A stretch of 64,000 nt of DNA. Source: Nymphaea colorata. Its lineage: Eukaryota. The notes beneath the pieces were generated by a model. The model was not told the origin of the DNA. It made no database searches and saw only the letters and a program-made list of their open reading frames with translations. The translations under genes and the position numbers were made by a program. Below, in pieces: positions 1-13,107 of the stretch; position 1 is the first letter of the stretch, and each line of letters begins with the position of its first letter. The stretch spans positions 38,192,001-38,256,000 of the forward strand of contig NC_045138.2 in the NCBI RefSeq assembly GCF_008831285.2. Reading direction: 5' to 3'.

Positions 1-104
1 ATTTCATCGATAAATTCCCTCCCAAGCTCCTAAGACAAAATTATACTCAAGTGCTCACCAACAAAAATGGAACCCCAATCCACACATGATTTACTCAAAC
101 TTAC

Positions 105-3100
105 CAGCACCCCTGTACTGTGTGCTTCCTGGCTATTAAGCTGTGAACTTTTACTTGATACCTGACTCTTCATCACCTCAGGTGGTTCAGTAGGAATTCC
201 ATGCTCCTGAGCTAAACTGTCATGTAGAACCCATGGAGAACTCTGTGTAGTAGAAGCTAAGATCAATGACTTGAGAAGTTTTTTAGAAAAAGGTTGCTTC
301 TTCCGGCTCAAGTTCTCAGCCTTCTCAATGGATGTGCTGGTTACATTTTTTTTTCCATCTAGCCATGCAACTCCATAAGCTATATCATTAGCATCAGAAA
401 TTTTAATAACCTTCAAAATTCTGCAACGAACAACCGATTCATCTTTTTGTCCATGCACCTCCTCGCCTTCTGAAAAGTGCCTTCTTAGTCTCTCGTATAT
501 CATCGTAGCTAAATTATCCAAATTCATAGGACCTGCAGACATCAAATTCCATGAGACCTTTTTCTCTATCTGTTACACCTTGATAATCTTTTCACCTTCC
601 TCAAAATGGTGGGAAGGAATCACATACATAAGTGAGGCTTCTTTTTTGCTTATATATACTTTTAGTTGACAAGAGAGCATGGTTATTATGTTTTACATGT
701 TGATGATTATACATACAGCTTCAAGTTTTCTAGGACATAGAAATTTATTAGCTATGGCAACCCAGCCAAAATTTGGTGGATCCCTACCCATCCTGTGACT
801 TAGCTCGTTTTGCACCAAAAATGCTATGAACCAAGACAACTGGTAGTGCTTGTGACCCCTTAAGTTTAGGGTACAGGTATCCAAACAAGTGAAGATTTCT
901 GAAAATCTTTGATATAGGATTATTCAAGTCCTTCACATACTTGGGGTATGTTACATTACTGTCATCAATCTTATATATACTGTCGTTTTGCAAGTCTTTC
1001 CTCGTTCCTCAAACTACCATCATGTGTTATCTTCTAGCTGCCTTCCTCCAGGTCTTTAGTGGTCTTCATTTTCTATATCATTTTTGTCTGTCAATGATAA
1101 TCTGAGTGTTTTGAAAAGTTGTTGATATAATAATACACAAAATTGCACATTCCTGTCATCTGCAGTGTGGACATCTTTGCTGTAAAAAAAAAGTAACTGA
1201 GAATTCTTAGCGTGTCAGACATTGCAACCCAAGAGTTTCATGGTTACCATGCATAATTCTGGCTGTTTGTTGATGTAAAACAAAAATCCCCCAGTACGAC
1301 TCCCTTCTAGCAATAAAAAAGGGTCTTTTCTTACATCTTGTGGCAAAAGGTGCAGGACATGGAATTTATTGACTTGGATGTTTTAAGTTAACCCATCAGA
1401 AAGGTGCACAAAGCCCTTTCCACAGTTTACAGTTTATATGAACAGCCAATTGAAACAGCATATAAAGAAAGTGACAATAAAGCACCATTTAGATACAGAA
1501 CTACAAACATATAGGAGGGACTGAAATCTTACTAAACTGAACCAATTGCAATGCAGGGGCAATCAACTCCTTTGGTAATTGAAAAGTACCCTCTTTGCCC
1601 TTATCCTCGGACAGCAAAGCCTCCTCATAAGTGAAGCCAGACTTCCCTGTCATCTTACATGTCCATATTCGCTTACGATACAAATTTATCCGCTTCAAAT
1701 AGTCTCTGTTGAAAGCTAAGGAACATCTGTCATGGTCGAGAACCATTGGCTGAGCCGCTGAAGATAGTGTCCCTCTGTAACTTGTTGGCACCTTGCAGGA
1801 ATATGCTAATGCCGATAAACACTTTCCTTTTGACAGACGAATTGAACATGAATATGCATAAATGAATGCTATAAACATGTTATGGGCGAGCCAGTACTTA
1901 AGGCTCACAAACTAGTAAAAAGGCATCTTAAATTGGTCAAGTTAGCTTAGAGTAGCACTATAGCAATTTTAGCATCAGCTTTCCTTCACCATTTTGATGC
2001 CTTTCGGTACCATCATCACCTAAGCAAAGTGAGTATCTTCTATTAGTCATTCATTTGTTTGTACATAGCTAACACGTGAACAGTTGTAGGTATTTGATTT
2101 TGCTTATGGCAGTTTATCGGTTACTAACTGTTTGTTTAAGCAATATATGCATATTTCTCGAAACTAGAATGTTTACCTTCATTATTTATGTTTTTCATTA
2201 ATTTTGTTGAATGGTTTCCCTTCATATTTACAACTCTTGCCAATGTTCCAGACACAGATATATCTTCCAAATATCAAATACTCACTGTGAGGTTTTTTAT
2301 CATATTGAAGTTTAGCAATTTACTGAAGCCTGCTCTTTTTTCAAATTTACAGTGATTGAAATTGTATCAGTACTTCTTTGTTGCTTTCCCACAAATTCCT
2401 TATTAATTCTTAATTTTGTTGCTGGATAAGCATTTGGTAGTCTTTGATTGGACAGAGAAACTGCAATCCAAGCCGTTCTTCCAATGTGGTGTTTCTTATG
2501 CGAACAGAGTGGAGCCAACTCAATTATCCGACGACTTCTCACAAATTTCTGGACAATATGTTCGATTTGAACCTACATTAGCATGAGCTTGGTAGTACAA
2601 TGTCTGAGATATTTTATAAACAAAAAGCATCACGAATCCTGAAATTTTTCGCACAAAATACAGCATATATGACTTTTCATGTAGGATCCAAAATGCATGA
2701 TAGGTGCGTGGATTTGTGGAACTTAAAGATCTTCAGTCACGATAGAATGTCCCAAAAAGCAGCCAATGTCGTAGCTGAATCCAGTTGCAGAAAACGCTTG
2801 TGGTCACAAAAACTGACAAAAGGTAAGACAGATAAAACTTCCTCTAAATCCTACTGAAGGTCGGGTGCCTACCTTTTCCATTTATCATAAACAAGTTCAT
2901 GCTTCCGTATATTTAAGTACTTGAGTAGCTTTTTTAAGCATTAAGCAAAGACTACTTGCTCCATAACAGTACGTATATACAGCATGCAAATGAAAATACA
3001 AAGTCCAAATGCATCCATTCTTCTTTACATCTTTAGACAACAGCAAGCTGCCGGAAAAAGAAAGGCACAAAGGATACTTATAGTTTCTGAAGATTTCATT

Positions 3101-3190
3101 CGTGAAGCGAACTTTGTACACGGATTCATTGGGATCCAAATCTTCGGGAGGCACAACAAGGTCCCAAGGTTCCTCGCCGAGAAGAGGCAT
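105..3190 (-). CDS. WAC (Acf1 N-terminal)/DDT-domain chromatin-remodelling accessory protein, 5' part; gene continues beyond the window start
   Basis: Exons 3190-3078 (MPLLGEEPWDLVVPPEDLDPNESVYKVRFTNEIFRNY), 1705-1533 (KDYLKRINLYRKRIWTCKMTGKSGFTYEEALLSE...), 532-105. GT-AG sites are phase-compatible. VRFTxEIF..Y..Y..R..LY....WTC..TGK...TYEEAL.SE is the WAC-domain signature. Confidence 0.88.
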
Positions 3191-4053
3191 CTCAGTGACA
3201 CCTAGCCAAAATCCCCTTGGCAAAAAGATCACCTTACCTCTTACCTCTCCCACAGAACAAAACCTGAATTCAAATTCTCCGACGCGCCGCCTGCAAAAAT
3301 AGCGACTGCCACAATTATTCTCCAATGTACTGACAATTCCGAGCAACAGAAACCCTCTCAAAACATTTCTAGCGCTACCAATATTCAACGCGACGTAACA
3401 CAAACACTCACTCATTCTCCTTCATGCCGACGGGCAAGCCAGCACGCGAGAAAGGAAAGAAATAAGGATCACATTAAAGGGGAAAGCCTACACTTATAAA
3501 AGATAGGATAGCAATATGAAAAGACCGATCAAGGAACCAAGCTTCAAACCTTCTGCAATGCGGGGCTTCACGCCGACGGTGGCATCAATAAACCAACTTC
3601 CTGGTGCAGTTTTCCGTTGGCTGCTGCTGCTGCCGCCGAAAATTGAAAGCCCGAGGGGAAGAAGACTCGGTCACAGGCGAAGAGAGAGGGAGAACGTCCC
3701 TGGAGCGTCTCAGAAGTGCGGGATTCACGTTCTGTATTAGGTCCCTGCCATCTCTCGCGCGGGGTTTCGTACATTCTTTTCGTAGTGACGGCTTGGTTAA
3801 TTTAATAGTCCTATATGGATCTTTTGGTCAAATTGTGTTTCCGCAGAGACCGTTGCCACTTTATTCTGTGCTCCCGTTACGCAAACCGAACGGATCTTGC
3901 CCGCTTCGCTCCAACGCCCGTCCCAACCGATTTTGTGACGCTCGGTTATGGAGCAAACTAGTTGGATCTGGATAGTCCATGAAGCAAGCACCCAGGTCAG
4001 TGGCTTCAGCCTAGATTTCGTTCCCGTATTTGGATATAGATATGGATTTTGTG

Positions 4054-4126
4054 TATATATATATATATATATATATATAGATATATATATAATATATATA
4101 TTGAGAGAGAGAGAGAGAGAGAGAGA
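4054..4126. repeat. (AT)n/(AG)n compound microsatellite
   Basis: Directly visible tatata... run followed by gagaga... Confidence 0.95.
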
Positions 4127-4992
4127 TTGGCCGACGTAGATGTCAACTCATATTTAACATGAATCACCAGCTCATATTAAATTTATTGTTCCCCATTAAA
4201 TAAGATCCTAACCATCAATTGCTTTTATATTTTTTTAACTAAAAAAAAAAAGAGTACAATGAAAAAAAGGATTTACCTCGGATGACGATACTAGTGATAT
4301 TGCTTTGACAATTAATACAAGTGAGATATTTGGAATATAAAAGATTTTCAAATACAAACTTCTTCCTACGCTTTACTTTTTTGCGATTTTCAAATAAGAA
4401 TCCAAGGTTGGAGTTAATGTTGCCCGATCCGAACTTAATCAATAAAAGGATGGCTAGATTGCCATGTTGATTGACAGTTGCAAATCTGCCCTTGTTGTAG
4501 TGATTATACTTCATAATAATTGATTTTCCGTATTTCCACAAATTGCCAACAAAAATATTGATAATGATTTTCTTTCTTTGAAATTTTATTGCACCTTTAA
4601 ATTATTTGTTTATAAATGCATGTTCCAATTTGATACAAATTTTTCAATATTCCTTTTCTTCTGCGAAAAAAATGACTTTATTCAAAAAACCATTTTCTCG
4701 AGGCCATCTTTATTATGAATCAAATTTCATCTGATTTTTAGAATTTATTTTATGAAAAAAAATATATATCAAGAAAACTTCACATAGTTAACAACTAAAT
4801 ATAGGATACGGACGTTGATAATTTCTTTATTACTTTTTTATTATTGTGGGTTGTCACAAGTTAATGGGAGATTACATGTTGTTCAGTTACAAATTAGGGA
4901 GTGCCATTGTTATCTTCCATGTGAAATCCATAAAGATAAATTCAAATCTGTTCTTACCATGCAATATTTAACTATTTTGCTAAGAATGTTAT

Positions 4993-5118
4993 TATGGTAT
5001 ATGTTGTTTGCCATGCTGACATGACAAATAAATGAATATGCCATAATTGCAAACCTTATGGTATATGTTGTTTGCCATGTCTGACAAATAAATAAATATG
5101 CCATAATTGCAAGCCTTA
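4993..5118. repeat. ~64 bp tandem duplication (2 copies)
   Basis: atggtatatgttgtttgccatg...tgacaaataaat.aatatgccataattgcaa.cctta occurs twice in succession. Confidence 0.9.
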
Positions 5119-6861
5119 TAAATAGATTTTGTTGGACTCCCTCTCACTTTCACGCAAAAACCTCGGAATGCAACTTCTGCGAATGAAAGCAGTTCACCTA
5201 CCATTAATAGTGTGAGCCCACCATTTAAGGACGGTAGCCACAAAGAACTCATCTCGGAGCCACCAAAACTCAAAACGAAACATGGCGCACACGGTACCAG
5301 CCCTACCCTGAAGAAAGGAAATGAGCAGCAGAGTATGATCGAGTGTCTCGGTCCAAAAACCAAGAAAGACGAAGGAAAAGCAAATCAAGGGTGCTGTTTC
5401 TTAGTGATTTTGGGACTACAATTTCCATTCCCAAGGTTAATTCTAACTGAAGATTGAGGCTTTGCTTTCTCGTGTCTTCTGCCTATACCTTGTACTCCTG
5501 CTGTTAATTCAATTACATTCTGCTAAAACAATTTGATGTGCGATCTGCCATTTAGAATTCTGAGTTATGACGTGGTGGTAGGGTCGCTTCTGATGTAAAC
5601 TTATGCATATGAAATGAAAGACTGGTATGAAGAATTATGTGGTGATATTTAGACCAAATTCCTAGTTGACAATCTCAGAATATGCATTGTTCTTTTGTTG
5701 GACCATGGAATTTTCTTCGGTAGTTTTCTCCATAAGCTGCAGGTAAAAAGCAAAGTAAATTAAGGGTTGGAGGGCAGGATACATCGAACAAGGGTTTCAC
5801 GTGATTGAAGGAGGCCCGCTTATGTTATAATTGCTTGAAATGGCGGCTGGACATGATACCTCGCACCAGTTCAGTTCTTTCCTCAGATATGGATCCTTTT
5901 AAGATAAAATGGTTTTCAGAAACTAAGAATTAATTATAACAAGGACCACAGAATTGGAATCCTCATCTTCTACGACCAGTGATGGTCTGTCTTCTTTTTA
6001 GTACTAGAAATCAATTGATCTCCGCTGTCCCATCCTTACTTTAATTCCGCCGGAATGAATAGGAACAAGATGCTCTCGCAGATTGGGATAAGTTTCCACA
6101 ATATTGACTGCTTTTAGGACATCAAAGAGCAGTTAAACCGAGAAAAGATGCTAGTTTTTGCACAATCTTGAAGAATCTAATTTTCTGCCCACTTGGTTTT
6201 GTGCTGCATTATGGATATTTTTATCAGTTTTGATTATGGCCATTTTTTCGAAGCTGATAAAATTGGACTTTCTTTTCCATTTTTTCAACTATTTTAATGA
6301 ACGCGCAATGGAAATTGTGGACCTATCAACAAATAGAATGTTTTAACATATACGCGTTATCTCCTGAATGTATTCAGTTAAGTTTCGTCTACCATTTAGC
6401 TGTTTGTTCTACTTATTTTTTTGCAAGTTACCTACAACAATTTGCAAATTTATCCGTGCTAACCAAGCAGTGCCTTTCAGCAACTAATCCTTTCAATATT
6501 TGTTTCCGTAGAAAGTAATTGGTATAAAGTTGTATCAGCATAATTGCTCTTAAAAGTGAAAGGTTCTTTAACATGCTGGACGCAGAAACTCGTAAAAGAT
6601 TTGTCTGGTCTCATCACTTCTTGCCCAACGAAAGAAACAGCTGCGGAAAATGACGTTACTGTACTTCCTCTGACGGAGATATTCGAATGAATCGAATCAC
6701 ATATATTGTTGAGTCTCCTGCAATTACAGAACGGTAGCAGTCGTCACAGAAGCTGGCCTTAGATCTAGTGGGTATCAGACTGGATTATTTAACCTGACCA
6801 AGTCCGTTTCCTTTCAGATCTGACCATGAAAAGTGGAGAGATTTCACTTGATTCTATTACC

Positions 6862-6955
6862 TTGTGCTTCGAAAATGGTAGGCGCTCTGAACACATGGTA
6901 ATTGTGCTTCAAAAATGGTAGGCTCTTTGAACACATTGTAGGGCGTTCTGAGCAC
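6862..6955. repeat. ~40 bp degenerate tandem repeat (~2.4 copies)
   Basis: ttgtgcttc.aaaatggtaggc.ct.tgaacacat.gta repeated. Confidence 0.8.
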
Positions 6956-8181
6956 CCATTTCACTACTCAGACTCGAGCAGTGGTCTTTGTTTATGAAAA
7001 ATGCTCAAGTGCCTTAACTTGAAAGCAAGTCACTCTCAACTGCCAATTGAGAATTAGCTAGCAAAAATTTTTGACTTTGTTTCTGTTTAAGGTACACGTG
7101 CTTGTTTGTGAGATTCAACCCCATTAAGTTATTTTTTCTGGTAGCTTATTTGCAGTTTTCTGTTGATTTTATTGTGCAGGAAGGCATTCAGCAACTCATA
7201 TATTGGGTTTGCACATCACAGGAGGAGATAACATGCAAGCTTTTCTCAGCTATTCCTGATTGCTTTCCTAAAGCACCCCTGCAAATGTCAAAATTTAATT
7301 GTTTTGTGCGTCTTTTAACACCTCGGAAGTGATGTTGAGAATTAGATGAAGAGCTTGACCCTCATCCACTTGAGCCTGTGATTCATTAAGAAACGGGAGT
7401 GTCCATCTTGTGAAGCGACAGAAGCCAAATCGCCTTCAATGTCAGGTCAACCGTAAAAGTGCTTCTTGGTACCAAATTATACCTGATACTGTTTTGGCAC
7501 ATATCTAAGCAGGTTCCCGTGTTAGACCATTCATTCATCTTTCTCTTTAAGATGGAGAAAATATACAATTGCGTAACTATACATTACAGCTAGTTTTGCA
7601 TTATTATTGCACGGCCAAGTCTTACAGAATGAGGATTGTGTTATGTTGTCTTTAAAATTCAGTTCTTCCCTGCATACCTGATGAGCCAACACTGTGGGGT
7701 ATAAGCATTCAGCAAGTAGGATTCCTTAGTACATCAGTAACATGATTAACCATGTGATGTATTTATTATTGCTCATACAATTTGTTTTAAACCAACCAAC
7801 AAGCGCTCTATTACATGACCAGATGGACCTGTTCAAGACCTTCAAGTTGGAGGAGCTCAAGCGTCATGATATACTTATGAAGTTGGTCTAGCAGTGCCTG
7901 ATCACCTCTCCTGGCGCAGTTCCTTAGGCCGTCCCTGTGCAAATACTGCACTTCTCATTGCTATTTCTTTTATTCCAGATGGGGACGACCAACCACCATC
8001 TATCGACTAGTCTTCACATTATTTCTTCATGGGAAGCAATTGAGATCTAAAGTGAAGTTCCTCAGTTTCTCAAAGCTGCAAGATGAATGAGAAGATGCAC
8101 GAGACGTACCTTCTGCCTTGTCAACCAGGGAGCACGAGAAGGCCTCAAGCACTGTAAGAGGATCCCTAGCTTGCAATTTTA

Positions 8182-10092
8182 TTACCAGTAGCCACCGCAA
8201 GAACATTCCCCATCCCTAAAATGATGGTAACGGTTTACGTCTCTGACCACAATCTCCCGCTGCACAACTTTGGATGCATGCTTGATGAAAGCATGGCAAT
8301 CGTCACAAATACGAATGTTCTTTGTTATCAGAAGCCTTGTGCCAGGACTAGTACTTATCAGCCCAAAGGCAATTGCCAACCGCTCGCTATGACTGTGCAA
8401 AATATTCAACTTTTCATCATCTTCAACATCATGAAACACTGGTGCAGTGTCGGGCACGTATCCGGTTTCCTCCATCAGACTTCTCAGGGTGTCAAGCTCC
8501 GTATAGATTTTCTCCGAGTCCGGGTGGGTTGTGTCACCAGCCAAGAAAGCATGGACTTGATTCTTCACCTTGATCCAACTGCAAGCAACTGCTTTCTTCA
8601 ACCCCCTCTCCTGCATCACCGTTCTCATCTTTATAACACCTTCCCAGTTTCCAGATTGTGCATATATGTTGGACAACATGACATAGTTTCCAGCATCGGT
8701 TGGTTCGAGTTCAATTAATTTCTGAAGTGCGATCTCACCCAGCTGCACATTTTTATGAATCTTGCAGGAAGAAAGCAAAGAACCCCAAATTCCTGTATCG
8801 GGCTCCACTGGCATACTCAAGATAAGATCATAGGCTTCATTGAGGCGCTTAGAGTGGCCAAGTAGAGCAACCATGCAAGTGTAGTGTTCAACTCCTGGTT
8901 CGATAAAGTAATCTCGCTTCATCGAATTGAAGAACTCCCATCCTTCGTCCATCACACCTCCGTGACTGCAAGCAGATAGGACACCCACAAAGGTAATATG
9001 ATCAGGAACGCTTCCAGTCCTCTTCATCTCATCAAACAGAGCAAGAGCTTCAGCAGCGTGACCATGCATTCCATATCCTGCAATCATGGCATTCCAGGAG
9101 ATTGTACGCTTTTCTGCGAGCCTGTCAAACAGTTTACGTGCATTTTGAACCAAGCCACCTTTGGCATACATATCCACCAATGCAGTCCCAACCCTTTCGT
9201 GAGCTGCAAACCCGTGTCGCCAACTATATCCATGAATCTCTTTACCTTGTGGCAAGGCAGCACTGTCTGCTGAGGCTGACAATACTGTAACAAGTGAGGC
9301 ATCCGTGAGTCTGAAACCCTTCAACGTCATTTCTCTGCACAAGGACAATGCTTCACTTGGCCGCCCATTTTGCGCATAGGCACCAACCATGGAATTCCAC
9401 AAGACGACGTCCCTCTCAGGGATCTTGTTGAAAACTTCATGTGCACGATCAACACAACCGCACTTGGCATACATGTCGATCAAGCCAGCACCAACAAAGA
9501 CATCAGACTCCCACCCTGTCTGAACAGCAAGTTCATGCACTTCCTTTCCCACTTTGAGAGCAGAAAGACCTGAACACGCCTTCAAGACAAAGGGGAACGT
9601 GAAATTATCAGGCCGCAATCCCACGTCAATCATACCGTAGAAAAGCTTAATAGCTTCTTCAAAGGGACCATTCCACGCATACCCTCGTATCAGGACATTC
9701 CACAGGAAGACGTTCCTCTTCGAAATTCTCTCGAACACCTGGCGTGCATAAGCGACGCAGTTGCAGAGAGAGTACAGGTTTACCAGCTTGGTGCCCAAAA
9801 CAGTGTCTTCGCCAAGACCGTTGACGACAAGGAATCCATGGATCTGTTTCCCAGGGCTAATTGATTTCGCTGATATGCAAGCTTGGAGAAGAGATAGAAA
9901 AGAAGAGTAGGGACCGCCATCAAGATGAGGAAAGGTTGTTTCAGAAAATTGGTACCTAGATTTTAGGTAAGAAGTGTCTTGATGGGAAATGGAGAGCGAG
10001 GAAGAAGATGAGTAAGTGAATTTGAGGAAAAATAAGCACCGAGAAGAAAGACCACCGGCTCTGGCACGGGAAAGAAGGAGAGAGTTCATCAC
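8182..10092 (-). CDS. PLS-class pentatricopeptide repeat protein with E/E+/DYW domains (organellar RNA editing/processing factor)
   Basis: Intronless 636-aa ORF with repeated PPR motifs (LIDMYAKCG, WNAMIAGYGMHG, TFVGVLSACSHGG), E domain (YVMLSNIYA), and DYW domain with HSE and CDDC zinc ligands, ending GYW. Ser/Leu/Arg-rich N-terminus resembles a transit peptide. Confidence 0.97.
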   Translation of the reverse strand: MMNSLLLSRARAGGLSSRCLFFLKFTYSSSSSLSISHQDTSYLKSRYQFSETTFPHLDGGPYSSFLSLLQACISAKSISPGKQIHGFLVVNGLGEDTVLGTKLVNLYSLCNCVAYARQVFERISKRNVFLWNVLIRGYAWNGPFEEAIKLFYGMIDVGLRPDNFTFPFVLKACSGLSALKVGKEVHELAVQTGWESDVFVGAGLIDMYAKCGCVDRAHEVFNKIPERDVVLWNSMVGAYAQNGRPSEALSLCREMTLKGFRLTDASLVTVLSASADSAALPQGKEIHGYSWRHGFAAHERVGTALVDMYAKGGLVQNARKLFDRLAEKRTISWNAMIAGYGMHGHAAEALALFDEMKRTGSVPDHITFVGVLSACSHGGVMDEGWEFFNSMKRDYFIEPGVEHYTCMVALLGHSKRLNEAYDLILSMPVEPDTGIWGSLLSSCKIHKNVQLGEIALQKLIELEPTDAGNYVMLSNIYAQSGNWEGVIKMRTVMQERGLKKAVACSWIKVKNQVHAFLAGDTTHPDSEKIYTELDTLRSLMEETGYVPDTAPVFHDVEDDEKLNILHSHSERLAIAFGLISTSPGTRLLITKNIRICDDCHAFIKHASKVVQREIVVRDVNRYHHFRDGECSCGGYW

Positions 10093-10847
10093 ACGACAAT
10101 ATTCAAAGTTTTGAAAAATGCAACGACCAGAGTTCCAAAGGATCTAAGAGAAAGAGATTCGTTACAATGCGAGTTGCTAAACCGTCGGGATCCTAGACAA
10201 GTAAATACACATAGATAACCCGCATCGGGTTGGTAAGATCTAGGAAGTTTATAATCAATGCTGGTAGGATCCGAATTTGAGGAGATGCAGTCACACTGAA
10301 TCAAGTCTCAAAGGCCCCAAGCAACGCATAGAAACGACCAAACAGACTTCCTCTCTTAGGTGGGTTTATGGACCGACATTAGGAATTGTACATATTTAAC
10401 AAGTAAAACTGCAGCAACTGAGAGGCACTTACTCTTTTTAATTGAAGTTATTTTTTATAGTTGAAGGGGAGGACCTAAATGCGAAAAGCATGTCTCACCG
10501 ATTGCACAATTAAATATAATTTCCTCTGCCGCCTTTTATATTTATTTCTCCACAGCTATCCGACACTTGTTCTCATTGATCGACGTACCTTGAGGTAAAT
10601 GGAAAGCAAGTCATTAGAGAGAGGGAAATATCTTCTATATATATATATATATATAGATACAAGCTATTTCTATTGCATCTTATTTATACATGTCTGAGAC
10701 TAAAAGTATAAGAACAACATAATACGAACAAGGGGAGAGGTGAAAACAGAAAGGAAGAAGAGTGGTAGTCATGCTTGAAGGGTTCGGGGCTGATCAAAAT
10801 GGCGGACTCAGGAGGCGGGTGTAGTGACCAGGTCGCAGCAGTCGCGC

Positions 10848-11096
10848 TCACCCACCGGTGCCGGTGACCCCAAGATCCTGCTTCCCTTCTTCCTTGCCTT
10901 CCCCAAAGACCGGGCCGCCTTTCCCAGCGGCGTCCTTCACCTTGTCCTGCTCCTGGTCCACCGAGATGTACCCTTCATCCTCCCCAGGCCTCGCCGACCG
11001 AACGTTCAACCTTGCCTTGTTCTCCCCTCCTTCCACCGACTCGTACGTCGTCTTCGTCAGCGACCCCTTTGGCTGTGCCCCCTGTGCTCCTGACAT
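10848..11096 (-). CDS. Small hydrophilic Gly/Glu/Lys-rich LEA/seed-maturation-like protein (82 aa)
   Basis: ATG 11096: MSGAQGAQPKGSLTKTTYESVEGGENK...DKVKDAAGKGGPVFGEGKEEGKQDLGVTGTGG*. Hydrophilin composition, GC-rich coding-like sequence, upstream ABREs; resembles a small conserved plant protein family from memory. Confidence 0.78.
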   Translation of the reverse strand: MSGAQGAQPKGSLTKTTYESVEGGENKARLNVRSARPGEDEGYISVDQEQDKVKDAAGKGGPVFGEGKEEGKQDLGVTGTGG

Positions 11097-11264
11097 CTCG
11101 CACCAATTAATCGAACCTCTTGATCTTCTTCTCCTTCTTCTCTTCCGCTGTGCACCAACTTGCAGTCGATCTGCAACTGCAACCCTCCCTACTGTCTCTT
11201 TCGCTTCTCTACTCAAGATATGCTCTTGTAGAAGGGAATGTAGCTCCAACAACGTTCTTCAACA

Positions 11265-11338
11265 GCCATGTGGCGCGGGGAGAGCAAAGAGCTCTGTAGC
11301 TATGGAGACACGTAGCCCCTCGCATGGAGGGACGTGGC
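11265..11338 (-). promoter_or_regulatory. ABRE/G-box-like cluster upstream of the LEA-like gene
   Basis: gccatgtggc (~11265), gacacgtagc (~11307) and gacgtggc (11331-11338, canonical ACGTGGC), 170-240 bp upstream of the ATG; a further CCACGTGG at ~11788. Confidence 0.6.
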
Positions 11339-11804
11339 TCTCCTCGGTTGCTTTCTTAAGCAGCAACCATGAGCAGGAAACAGAGAACACATCTATACAA
11401 AGGTGCGTCCATTTTAGCAAATTTCAGTAAGATGAACATGTTCATATCTTCTTTGAGCACCGAATTAACTTTGTATTGGGTACGTAAGTTTGGATGACGG
11501 AAAACATATCTTCTTAAACGCACTTGCTAAATATTTCCATCGCACAATATCAGTGTGCATCTTATGAGTAAAACCATGGTGTTTTCAAAATATTTTGTCT
11601 TAGAAATATGCATTTGGAAAACATTCTTCTTATCAAATAGTTGCAAATTAAGTTATAAGGATCGTGGTATTTCAACTTAACTTTCATTTTTCTAATGCTT
11701 ATAGATATTTTAATTATTTCACGTTTAAAGTATTATGTGTAATAAATGAAGCAAGCAATCGAAATTGTTGGTTTTTTTAGTTTAGCACCACGTGGAGACC
11801 TATA

Positions 11805-11842
11805 TCGGGACGATACGTCGGGACGATACGTCGGGACGATAC
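11805..11842. repeat. 13-bp tandem repeat x3 (tcgggacgatacg)
   Basis: Directly visible; CpG-rich island in AT-rich context. Confidence 0.9.
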
Positions 11843-13107
11843 ATGCTGAATATATTAATAAATTTAATTTTTTTTTAAGGCTGATATGTGCTGATGCAAA
11901 TCAGAAACCGGCATCGGTCTTGTGAAAATTTTTCTACGTGACAGAAAAATGAGATTGACAACACTATGTTGAGAAGACATATTCTGCTCCCAGACTGCTA
12001 ACCCCCTCAGTCTAGCTGCTTAATTTTGAAAGAAAAATTAATATGCATTTAAGTAGCATATTCGCAAAGGCATATTCAATTGTTTACATTCATGAACACA
12101 TGCACATTCAGGTAAGCAAATTACTAAATTTCACCTTCCTGCCTTATTTTGACTTCCGAATAAGTAATTGGACAGAGAAGAGCCTATACTTAAACAATGA
12201 AGGTGGCACTCGTAATACTTACAATTTTGCTAACGGTTAGCAATGATTTAAATAGTCATGTTTAATCCCATTACTTTTCAAGTTGAACAACTTCAACAGT
12301 TCAACAATGATGAGTGCATCAATTGGCAATCTCGCAGAGGTCTGGCTAACTTGATAGACAAGAAAAAGGAACAGTTTATGGGATTAAACATGGAATCAAC
12401 AAATCCAGAAGACGAATAATAAAAAACCAGTATTAAATACCGTCTTGTAAGCCTAAGAAGAGTTGGGGAATGTTTCAATGTGAAGGTAAACTTTTCATTA
12501 TAGCATATTAAACTCCTGACCTGCTTCGACTAAGGTACATTTCCTTCGCAGTAATAGATGCCAAGTGAAAATTAAAAACTGTCGACTTGGAAGAGCTGTG
12601 CCATGTGAATAGCAGAGATGAAGCCAAAAATTTCGACAAGGAACATGTATCAGTTTAGTTGAAGACTAAATTTATATGGTTTTTATTGATGAGGACCCTC
12701 GAAGAACCAAGCCTCTCAATGAGGCCTGCTTCTTGATAAATGAACTATGGGCAAACTCAATTATATCCCTCTGTCCAGATCGAGATTTATCCAAATTTTC
12801 ACCTCAACACGCGCCATTGTTTCCCGTTTAGCACGTGCTTCCTACCTGCATGGCGTCAGCAGTTGATCAAGAAGACACAAAAATCCATTTCTAACAAAGA
12901 CAGAGAAATTGGAGACGATGCTGTTCTTGCTTGTCCTTACATGTAATTGCTTTATATGAAGTACACATTACACCATCTTGGTAGTCGAAAGATGCGTAAA
13001 AAGACGTTTCTTAAGGCAAAGATCGGAATATAGTAACATAAATTTGAGCATAACTAGCCTTTGATGCTCTATCTAGTAATGAATGGAGCCTATCACTAAT
13101 GCTTGCG

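Noticed and set aside
8221..9573. Several plus-strand ORFs inside the PPR gene
   Set aside because: Antisense or alternate-frame by-products of a long CDS
10858..11430. 190-codon plus-strand ORF
   Set aside because: Antisense shadow of the GC-rich LEA-like gene; GTG start and no recognisable motif
11805..11842. 13-bp repeats as a special regulatory array
   Set aside because: Simple tandem repeat, likely TE subterminal sequence; no supporting context
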